Shown piece by piece: positions 12,182-24,100 of a stretch of 64,000 bases of DNA. Made by a program: the position numbers and the translations under genes. Source of the DNA: Antedon mediterranea (taxonomy: Eukaryota; Animalia; Echinodermata); contig NC_092680.1 in the NCBI RefSeq assembly GCF_964355755.1, forward strand, positions 18,361,045 to 18,425,044, given 5' to 3'. Under the pieces are notes generated by a model, which worked only from the letters and a program-made list of their open reading frames with translations, was not told the DNA's origin and ran no database searches. How positions within the stretch are numbered: position 1 is the first letter of the stretch; the number at the start of each line of letters is the position of its first letter.

Positions 12182-15100
12182 ATTGTTGTAGTTTAATGTG
12201 CAAAATGTTTAATTTAAGTTGCATGTAAATCTGTTAAGAGCTGCTGCACCAATCCAATTTCATTTTCAAGTGTTACAATCACTTTACACCAATTGGATTT
12301 ATGGTATAATACTAAAGCTGATATCATTGGCTGATTCAACAGCTAACCAAATTATATTGTAGGTGCATGCATGATTAAAAACTGGTTTTTTAATTATGTG
12401 CGCACTGCAGTTCTCAGTCTAGTAGAGAAACCAATCTCAAGAATTAAACTCAAGAATACAGCTTACGAAATCATGGTAAGTTTTTCTGGCTTCACAATTT
12501 GTACATTAGGAAAGTTTTTAGATGGATTTGCAGAATAAAATAAATAAACATGCCAAATTTTGCTAAATAGGACGGGCTGGTATGTAAATATGGATTTCGA
12601 ATCAACAAATGAAACGTCTTTTGATTTCAAAAGTATGTACTAGCATTAGGCCTATATGTATAATTGTGTATAATACGTGTATGAATAATATATTCAATTA
12701 GTATATTTATTCATATAAAACCACATAAACAGAAGACAGCCAAAGGCTGAACAATTCTGCACACAATGTAAATGGCAATAAAAAGGGTATAGCACAAGTA
12801 AAACAAATTATAAAAATATGTAAAATTGTAAAAATTATAAAATGTTTAAAAAAAATCAAGTTTAAGTACCAAAACGATCAAGAAAAAACTGAACTACTCC
12901 GTTTTAGACGATTCATTAATTCTGGCGATAATGGTTGGTGCACAAGGGAGCATCCAACAAATTCTTATTTCTCAAATTATGAATGTGGTTGCGAAAGGTG
13001 GGGAGGGAGCATACCACGAAAGAGTTTCGAAAGTAGGTCATTACCAAACTTCATCATTAACTTATCTCTTTTGGATTGAACATTCAAGTTATATTACCTA
13101 TATTTCACCATCTGATAAAATGTTTTACCACATCGTATATTTTTCATAGTTTTTTTAAAATGCTTCTCTATTTACAACATTTGTGTACAAAATAGATTTC
13201 ACTGTGTAATTTGAACTATCGTCCCATTGATAAAGAAGTGCTTATTTTTAACAAGCTTGTGTAACACAAATAAAATCCCAAAAATTATGAAACTTAGGGG
13301 AAACTATAGATCAATACTTATTGAAATGTATGATCACTAGAAATTTGTTGTCCGTACCTGGCCTTTAACAAGTTATAAAATGATTCAGATACTGCATTTT
13401 ATTCAAACGTATTTGAGCACCACAGGAATAAAAAAAATCCATTCAAAACAACAAATCAGAATGCCTTTGCCTGATTATGAAATCTTAATCTTGCTAATTA
13501 ATACATTCCATCAACAGTTAAATAACACAATCTGTCCTCAGTGCATTCACATTTCTGAAACTAAAATGAGCTATTGTGCTTCACACCGTCATCTATTGAC
13601 GATGTTCACCAATTGATAAAAAAGCCGCAAATGAGAGCTGCGAGTTGAACCCGATTCCAACATGGCTTTTGAGACAATGTACGGACTAAGTGGTTACATG
13701 TGTTACTAGCATTATTAATCCATCTTTACAATTGGCTTATTGCCAGTAAGATGAGTATAAGCCAATAATTTAAAAAGTTAGCTTGCCAACGATAATGATT
13801 AATTATCACCCAATCTCAAACTTACCTACATCTCCAAATGTCGAGAATGGTTGCTTTTTGTTAACAAGAATGAATGCATTGTTTGTTAGTTAGTTAAGGT
13901 TTGCATGGCGAAATCAAATGTTGATATAAAGTTTGAATGCACTTATAGAACAAAATTCACATACCAACATTGCACGCCTGATGAAAAAGTGAGTTACTGA
14001 ATGTAATGTGACCCACAATCCTACTCGGGTGTGTTATTATATATTTATATCTAATTTGCAGAAAGAGCACAGTGGGAAAAACGCTTATACTTTAAATACT
14101 TTTATTGAATTTTGAAATATTTGTTAATAAGTTCTGAATAAATCAATTGTTTACAATTTTGTTACAGAAAGCCATGAATATGACAAATTTGACAACAAAT
14201 GAAACGAATCCTGAAGCCAATTTAGAAATTGTACCAATCGCATTTATTTTTTGCACGGCAATAGCAGGATTGATTGTGATGATTATGAACACATTAACAC
14301 TGATATCTTTTGTGAAAGAGAATAAATTATGCAAATACTCTAACAAGCTTATCATAAATCTTAACGTGACAGACCTGTTAACTGGTTTTGTTCTTCTGGT
14401 CGGTTGCTTGTTCATTGCTTGTCCAGATTTTGCACCGATTGTAAACGCTGTTATGCGCGATATTCACAACAGCCTTCTGTTAGTATCTAACCTAAACATA
14501 ATCACAATTGCTGCTGACAGACTGTATGCAATAATACAACCAGTCAAGTACAGAATAAATCGCAACAACAAACGAATCGTTATCCTGTGTATTGCTACCT
14601 GGGCTACTTCAGTAATAATGTGGATGTGTCTTCGGATCTCGTTTACTATTTTGGAAGGCCCAACCATTTCCAACTTCTACGAACTTCCAGAATACTACAA
14701 CTACATGTGGTCTGCTGTTCTGGTTACAGTGATGTATTTTTGGGGGCCGATCACAATTATTACAATTATTTATGGAATTGTTTTTTGGAAAATAAGAAAA
14801 CGAAATTCTAACAGAAGACTTATTTTAAAAGGTTCACATAAATTATATAAAACTGAACACTTTGATATTATATCACAAACAGAAGAACAAACTTCTATGT
14901 CATTTTGCCTACAAACTGCTTCATCTTCTGAGAGTGACAGACAAACTGTTTCATCTTCTGACACACAAACTGCTTTATCTTCTGACAGACAAACTGCTAC
15001 ATCTTCCAACAGACAAACTGCTACATCTTCTGACAGACAAACTGCTACATCCTCTGACAGACAAACTGCTACATCTTCTGACAGACAAACTGCTACATCC

Positions 15101-18100
15101 TCTGACAGACAAACTGCTACATCCTCTGACAGACAAACTGCTACATCTTCTGACACACAAACTGCTACATCCTCTGACAGACAAACTGTTACATCTTCTG
15201 ACAGACAAACTGCTTCATCCTCTGACAGACAAACTGCTACATCTTCTGACAGACAAACTGCTACATCCTCTGACAGACAAACTGCTACATCCTCTGACAC
15301 ACAAACTGCTACATCCTCTGACAGACAAACTGCTACATCTTTTGACAGACAAACTGCTTCATCTTCTGACACACAAACTGCTACATCTTCTGACACACAA
15401 ACTGCTACATCTTCTGACACACAAACTGCTACATCTTCTGACACAGAAACTGCTACATCTTCTGACACACAAACTGCTACATCTTTTGACAGACTAACTC
15501 CTACATCTTTTGACAGACTAACTCCTACATCTTCTGACAGACAAACTGCTACATCTTCTGACACACAAACTGCTACATCTTCTGACACACAAACTGCTAC
15601 ATCTTCTGACACACAAACTGCTACATATTCTGACACAGAAACTGCTACATCTTCTGACACACAAACTGCTACATTTTCTGACAGACAAATTGCTACATCT
15701 TCTGACAGACAAACCGCTACATCTTCTGACACACAAACTGCTACATCTTCTGAAAGACAAACCGCTACATCTTCTGACACACAAACTGCTACATCTTCTG
15801 ACAGACAAACTCCTACATCTTTTGACAGACAAACTTCTACATCTTTTGACAGACTAACTCCAACTTCTTCTGACAGACAAACTGCTACATCCTCTGACAG
15901 ACAAACTGCTACATCCTCTGATAGACAAACTGCTACATCCTCTGACAGACAAACTGCTACATCTTCTGACACACAAACTGCTACATCCTCTGACAGACAA
16001 ACTGCTACATCTTCTGACACACAAACTGCTACATCCTCTGACAGACAAACTGCTACATCTTCTGACACACAAACTGCTACATCTTCTGACAGACAAACTC
16101 CTACATCTTTTGACAGACTAACTCCAACATCTTCTGACAGACAAACTGCTACATCCTCTGACAGGCAAACTGCTACATCCTCTGATAGACAAACTGCTAC
16201 ATCCTCTGACAGACAAGCTGCTACATCTTCTGACACACAAACTGCTACATCCGCTGACAGACAAGCCGCTACATCTTCTGACAGACAAACTCCTACATCT
16301 TTTGACAGACTAACTCCTACATCTTCTGACACACAAACTGCTACATCCTCTGATAGACAAACCGCTAAATCTTCTGACAGACAAACTGCTACATCCTCTG
16401 ACAGTCAAACCGCTACATCTTCTGATAGACAAACCGCTACATCTTCTGACAGACCAACTGCTACATCCTCTGACAGACAAACTGCTAAATATTCAAATAG
16501 TGCTAATCTGACAATATCCAAACAAGTGCAAGAAATTGAACATCATTCAATGAGGATAAACAAGGTGAAAAGAAATGAAAATAAAAAATGGTTCAAAGGT
16601 TGTAATAAGGCATACTTGACCATCTCCCTGATAATTATGTTTTATATCGTGTCTTGGCTTGGTTTTTCTATAACAGCCATAATGATTGCGTATGTAGAGT
16701 ACAAACCTACATTATACCAAACAAACAAACTGTTAAATATGATTTTTCGTATTGCCTATTCATTCAAATATATGAACAGTGCCATAAACCCATTAGCCAT
16801 TATTCTATCTCAACCTCTAATGCGTAGAACCATATATAATATGTTCACCTAACAATTATTAAAACTTTACCCAGCATTAATATTACAATAAAATTAGCAT
16901 TAGAAACACGGGAAAAGTTTATAAAGCGTGGTTCCCACTAGCGACGCAACACAAGGACGTAACGCAACGCAAGTGAATTGACCAATCACAAGCGATGGCT
17001 TATTCGCTTATGATTGCTAACTGTCTATAACTTCGCTTGTCGTTGGTTAAAACGCTTGCGTTGCGTTTACGTCCTTGCGTTACGTTCTAGTGGGAACCAA
17101 GCTTTACTGTCTATAACTTCGCTTGTCATTGCTTAAAACGCTTGCGTTGCGTTTACGTCCTTGTGTTACGTTCTAGTGGGAACCAGCTTAAGAGAAGCAC
17201 AAGGGGAGTCAAGTAAACAGTGTTTAAATTGTGAATTTCCAATGATTGATGTATACTGTATATTTTATGTAAAACATGAAAATTTATACTTTTGTCTTTT
17301 TTGTCTTTTGTCTTTTTTGTCAAACATCTACAATTTTGGTATACAAATAATATAATATTGCATTGACTGCCGTACCCGTATCAATTTTCAACGAATGAAA
17401 TATTCTTAATATGCTACGAAGGAATACACAACAATCATTATTTGTTTTATAACACATGCGCACTGTTCTAAAATAAACTTTAATTTAATTATCCATCTTG
17501 AACCTTTATTCAAGACTAACAGACAAAGGCAGTGTTCCAATACTGGATACAGAGTAGAACATGTTCAGTAAATCAACCTCACATGGAAACATTTTTTTCA
17601 CAAAAACATTGATTATTGCCACTTAACGCTCAATAAGCGTTTAATAATTAACGCTGTGTGATGCGTAATTAACCCAATCAAATAGCAAGCATACAATCAA
17701 GTGTGTTATAATACTGTAAATAATATTCTTGCGTTTTGAATTATGTGGAGATGCTAAGAGAAATATTAAATAAAAGTATGTGTTTGTACTATATAGAATT
17801 TCTTATCAATGTTTGTATAATAAAATTGCATCTAAAAAATGTTATTCTAGTAGAACATCTTTATCTTGGATAAACCTGACTTTCACATACCATATTTCCT
17901 CTGGTATAATCCCTACTTTATGTCTCAAACAGGCATTCCCTGGGTATATAGTCCCAGAATTTACTTTTGGTCTAGATGTAGGCCTCTCACTAGCACCTTG
18001 GCGCAGCAGATGAGTGTTAAAAGAAATGCTTACCAATCTTTTTTTTCATGAACAAGGCTATCTCCGGATATAGTCACCCCTTCCCCAAAAGTCGGTCCAA

Positions 18101-21100
18101 TTTCATGTTCTATGGGAGTGGGATTATACCCGGATATACGATACTTTGCAAGAAAAGGAAAGAAAACCATAATTCTTATTTTCATGATCATTTTGTATGA
18201 TATTGTGTGTGTACCTTACCCATCAGTTGCTGATCCCGATGCTTCATTTTGTTCTTTCACAAATTCTGTTCTATCTAGTGACAGGGTTAAAGTGCTTGGT
18301 TGATTTGTAGATCTCTGGAGAAGAGCAACATTCACAACAGCTGCGGTTCCACTTGCAGATAACACACATATTTCATCACTAAACAAGATCACAATAATTT
18401 GTGTAAATTTGATAATAATTGTAACTACTACTTAATACAGTACTTAGTAATACTTGAATTTTACTAAAACAATAGAAATATATCTGACATTAAAAACATA
18501 ATTTAGAGGTTTTATACCAAAGAGGTGATTTATTGCACTCTAGATTATCTTATCCTTCGGACTAAAATTTAAGCTGTTGGTTCAGTGTCCTTACAGGCAA
18601 AATATTGAAAAAATGACAATGCTGTGGGTGTCAGTGGCTGGATCTCAATGGATACACACAAAAAAAGCGAAAAGCTAAATCAAAATGATAAAGTAAAACA
18701 GCCAGAAAAGTTAGCAGAGCATTCGGGCAACACTAGCCCTTCATCAGTGCAAGTGAAGGTACTCGGACAAAGATAGATAGATATATCAGGCAAGCGCGGC
18801 CTGAGTGGACAGGAATAAAAAAACAAAAACAAAAGAGGCACAAAGCTGGGGAATAGATAGTATAGGGGTGTAGATAGTATATAGCTTTTGGAGGCGTGCC
18901 TTTATAACTATGCCTTTTGTTTGTTAACATCTTTGATTGGCTGATTTGTTTTATTATGTAATTTTGTGACTGATGATATATGTTATCCTTTGTTACAATT
19001 CTCTTCACCTGATGATGGGCTATGCCCGAAACATGTCGTAAAAATAAATCTATATTGAGGCAGTTTTAACTTATTTGATCTTGATTTTTTTTTAGTATAT
19101 AATACATATTTATATATTGCAAGTGTCCTCTGAATATGTGTCCCAAAAGAGGGGTTTTTCTACTGTATTTATGATTTACAAAACAAAAACACAACTAACC
19201 ATATTGTTGTAGTTTCTTTGTACCCAACTACAGCATGACATCCCATTGCATTGGCATGTGACCGGATCTCTGTTCGTATCTCTCTCCACCACGCATCTCG
19301 TGTTTCTGGTTCATCTAAATAATTTTTAAAAAGTGAGGAAAGGTGTTGGTGATGCAAATCAAATACATATTTTAAGCCAAGGGTCATATTGCACTCATAA
19401 TGTACAATACAATAGTTTCAAACAAAATAATATAACCCGAGGATGGATAATATTTCTAAACATTTTAAACCGGTCAATTAATCTATCTACTGTATATTAA
19501 GTATAGCTGATTTCAAAGACAAGTATATTCATGATTGAATTAGTGTCATTGGTTTTTTCTTCTTTCTTTTTGCCATTTTAATAGCTAAAGGTACTATCCA
19601 TACTGAATGGCACATGGTACCTAATTAACCAATCAAATGGCAGAATACCCAAGGTGTGATATTTAAAAAAAATAATAATAATAAATATTTTGTATTTGTT
19701 GAATGAGGAGAATATTTTGAGTCAGAGGCTGACAGTACTATTCAAATTAGTTCATTTAATAGGATTGATTCCCATGAAGCAACATGGTCTTTTCAAAAAG
19801 ATGATATATAAAGGTCTGTTTACACTATCAAATTTTATGTGACAAAAAATGTGATGTGCCTATATATGGACATGATGATATCATATCACTACCATATTTT
19901 GCACATCACACTTTCTTTGTTAAACTAGTTTGATAGTATAGACAGTGCTTAACACTCTCATAGTGACATAAACAGAAGTAATAAAAGCAGATTAAAAAAT
20001 CTTCAGAAATAAAGCTGTCTACACTATGAAAAATTTTAAAAATGTGATGTGCCTATATATGGACACGATGATGTCATTTTACTACCATATTTAAACATAT
20101 CACTACCATATTTGGGACATTACACTTTCTTGTCACATGCTAAAGTTTTACCTGGATTGTGAATTTTATCGAGAAGTTTGACAGAACGTGCCGTTACCAT
20201 GCCAGCTAAGTGAGCAATGAAATCTACTGGAAAGGACATCATTGTGAAAAATGGGTATTCCTATTAAGAGAAAATATATTGAATACACTGTATATATTCA
20301 AATAAAAATAACCAGAATTGTACTGGGAAGGTTTTAAACAACATTTAAATGACTTTCAGGGAGGGGGTTGTAGTTAAAGGGAATAATGGAGTTTAAAAAA
20401 TACCAGAATTATACTGGGAAGGTATTAAATTACTGGAGTAGTATGGGGAACAGTTACCTATTTCTTATAGTGTGTTAAAATACAGTAGTGGACACGGCTT
20501 CAAAGTGGTATATCTGATTGGCCATTATGTCCATTATTAGATGTTCTTTCTCCAATGTTAAATGGTCTTTCTCCAATGTGCCTCACATATTGCATATTTT
20601 GATTGTATTGACTCTCTATTAGTTTATTTTTTGGGATTTAAAGCAGGGAAATTCCCTCATTTTTATTTACTTATTTTTTATTTAATCAGTATAAAAAGAC
20701 TCAAAATACAACTCATAGTTGAAATAAAGAGCTTACATAGGAAAATGATAATTCACATAAAACAAAGTTAAACGAAGAAAAAACTCATTAGGCCTATGAT
20801 ACAGTAATAATTAAGATGAAATTAAGAAGTGAATGCTTCATATTGTTAATTTTCCGGTGTTGCCTATATTGTTACATTTTTGGTGAAATTGTTTTGTATT
20901 TGTATGATTTGTATATGGATGTAACCGCCGAAATAAAGAAATGAATGAATAAATTCAATTCAATTCAATTTCTTTATTGCTGCAAATGTCATCAAGGGCT
21001 AATATCCGCTTAAACATACAACATCATACAAACATATACATATTTACATTTAAAATTGTTGTTATCATTATTACGATTTAGAAACAAGTTCTTACCAGTA

Positions 21101-24100
21101 AATCGGTATTCATTAAAGGAGGCATAACCCTTGACATTCGATGACCTCCACTTCCGCTACTTCCACCACCAATGCTACCGGCTATAAAACAAGCACAAAT
21201 TGTCCCATTTAGTTTGTGTCTTACTGGATGGATATCCAAAATATCATAGTAACTATATAACTAAAATTACATAAATTGGCGTTAAGGTTTCACTTCCTTA
21301 CTCAAGTCATTCTCTGAGCCATGATGTCTGATTGGGACACCTTTTGTTGGTGATGGGGGTGCCCCACCTTGCCACGTCTTTGCTGTTCCACCAATAGACT
21401 CATATGATCCAGTCTCACTTTGGTTATCATGAGACACTGGAGGCAACCTGTGAAACATTTAGAAAAGAATTTGATTAATTGTTTAATATGATATAACTTT
21501 AAATTCAGCTGATATTAATTATAACACATCTAAATTTATCATTGCCATTTGATTAGTTGATTTCATATCATTATAATTAACAGGTGATGATGGAGAGAAT
21601 ATTTTCATTAAATGAAAGTTTTCTTCTAATTTAAACTGATAAATATCATTATTTGTTGTTATCATTATTGTATGGTAAAAAGTAATATATTCACTAAATT
21701 CATTCAACAAATACAAAACATTCATTATTTGGTATTGAAGACACCTAATATCCTAACAAGATGGTTAGAACCATTTATCTTAATATCACTTTACCATTGA
21801 ATGGAATAAACTGACCGAATTTTGTTATTTATTGATACCAAATCAGTCAATCAAATGGCAAGGATATACCTTCTTAGCAGTGTTAAGCTCTGTCTACACT
21901 ATCAAACTAGTTTGACATAAAAAGTGTGATGTGCCCAAATATATTGCAGTGATATGCACAAATATGTAGTGATATGACATATGACATCATCATGTCCATA
22001 TATGGGCACATCACATTTTTTGTCACATAAAGTTTGATAGTGTAGACAGAGCTTATAATAAACAGCCTCTTTTTTTTAAATTTTTGTTGAACATGATTTG
22101 GTAAAATATACTAACTATGGATTTATTTATTATATCATGATGCAATCAAGAAGCATAGGTTAGGACATTCAAACAATATTAGACGAATCAATTCATATTC
22201 AAGACAAATTATCTACAGACCATCCAACTTGGAAGAATGAAATATCAGAAGGTTTTATAAAAGCATGTCCCAACTATAGAGGGTGCATTTTGAAAAAATA
22301 CACCAAACTATAGAGGGAGGTATTAAACAATTTAAAGATATTAGCATCTATTATGGTATGGTATGTATGCATGTTTTTTTTATTGTATTGAAAAAGAACC
22401 AAAATTTAAAAAAACATTAAAAAAATGAAAAGTAAAAAATAAAAACACTGTTTACCTTCCTCCTCCAAACCCACCCCCAATATATACTTGATTGAGAACA
22501 TTCAAACTGTATATTATGACTTATAACTAACAATAAATAGAACAGTGTAGGCTAACATGACTGACGCACTTTACAAACAACATACCATACTCTTCACATC
22601 TCAAACAAAAAAGCAATAAATATCTTGGAAATGCTACATGCCATGTTTACAAACCTGAAGTTCCAAAAGGGATAGACACTGCAAAAATAGACAATTGTGG
22701 TTGATGTTTTAAATACATAGATTGAATATTATAGTTTGCATGCTAATAAAGCCTATTCTACAACTATCAAAAAAAATTTCAAACTTGCGCAACAAGAGTT
22801 TGGCAAGAAAAGTGTTCCAAAGTTTGCTAAAGCCCAGTCTACACTAGCAATCTTCAAGATCTGTCTACACTATCAAACTAGTTTGACAAAAAAAGTGTGA
22901 TGTGCCCAAATATGGTAGTGCCGGATGTCATCGTGTCCATATATAGGAACATCACATTTTTTTGTCACATAAAGTTTTGATGGTGTAGATTTCCAACATT
23001 TGCTAATGTGCAACTTCAGCAAACTCCAGATAACTAGTTTGCAGATATTTTAAGTACTTTGAATCTTAAGTATTTTCAGCCATCTGATCCTTCCAATAGG
23101 ACAAATTGACAGCCTCTAGTAACTGGTCTAACCGCCCTAAGCGCACTCTATCTAATTTAGCCTCAACAACCATTCATCATTCTTTTGAAACCTAACCCTA
23201 TTGTCTACCCTTCCTCCAACACAGCAAATGAGTTAAGATAATAGTGATGGTTATGGTGATAATGATATAAAACAAAATCATACCTTTAAATAAAATATTT
23301 CAAAATAATTACAAATAAAGTTTGAAATAAACAAGCAGTACAAATTTAAAAAAACAAATTAATTAATTAACATAATTGTTTAGATACAGCAGAATACCCT
23401 CTCAAGATCAAAATATTACAAAAATTTATAATATTGGATAACAAATCTATTTGTTTCCATATGTAAAGGTTTCCATGGTAAATAAATATTAGAAATGGAA
23501 GAAGCAAAGTTGAGAATGTTTTGATGCTTCATTTGTAATTCTGAGAAGTTTAATCTTGAAGATTGTTGTAGCATACAACCAAAATGTCGAGACATTCTCA
23601 ACATCACATTACTTCTTTTTCCAAACACATGGTGTAACACAACAACTACTTTTACAACTTTTAAGTCTGTTTCAGGACTTTTTGATTTTTAAGTTTGCAT
23701 CTGGGAATATGGATACAAAACAACAGGTTTAAATCGAACAGTCAAGAATACTGAAACAAAATCTTACTCTTTATAGAAGTCTTTTGGCGGGCTAAGTGAT
23801 GTGGGTGAGAGGGGCGTATCCATCTTTTGCAGTAATGCCGCTGTACCAATACCTCTAACCACAATTCCAGATTCTCCTTCTAGGTCAAAACACTGCCAGT
23901 AACTATAAATAAACACCCACAAGTATGTTTATCCTTATATGTACAATAATTGTGTTGGGCGGAGATGGGTGGTAAAATTATATTATATTACTAATATTAA
24001 CAATACTGGTACTGGTACTGGTTCAAATAACCGTCTCACAGAGACATCTGGTAGCCATTGACTTAAAGTTGGCATTTGGATGTGTTACTTTTAATGTACA

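Larger units (their letters stand above)
18596..19095. mobile_element. Two back-to-back hammerhead-bearing Penelope-like/retrozyme-like fragments
   Basis: 18596-18722 is repeated at ~11330-11452 and ~11968-12148. Each half of the region carries a hammerhead on the opposite strand. Confidence 0.55.

Noticed and set aside
13977-14010. CTGATGA motif (also on the minus strand at ~5846, ~30551 and ~36447) as hammerheads or C/D snoRNA boxes
   Set aside because: No stem II plus GAAA, and no terminal stem or D-box arrangement.
14147-14173. ORF-track start of the GPCR at TTG
   Set aside because: In a eukaryote the first ATG, in GCCATG context at 14174, is the likely start.
14770-16332. 520-aa antisense ORF (SEDVAVCL)n and other overlapping ORFs
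   Set aside because: By-products of the stop-poor 24-bp repeat inside the GPCR CDS; they have no independent gene features.
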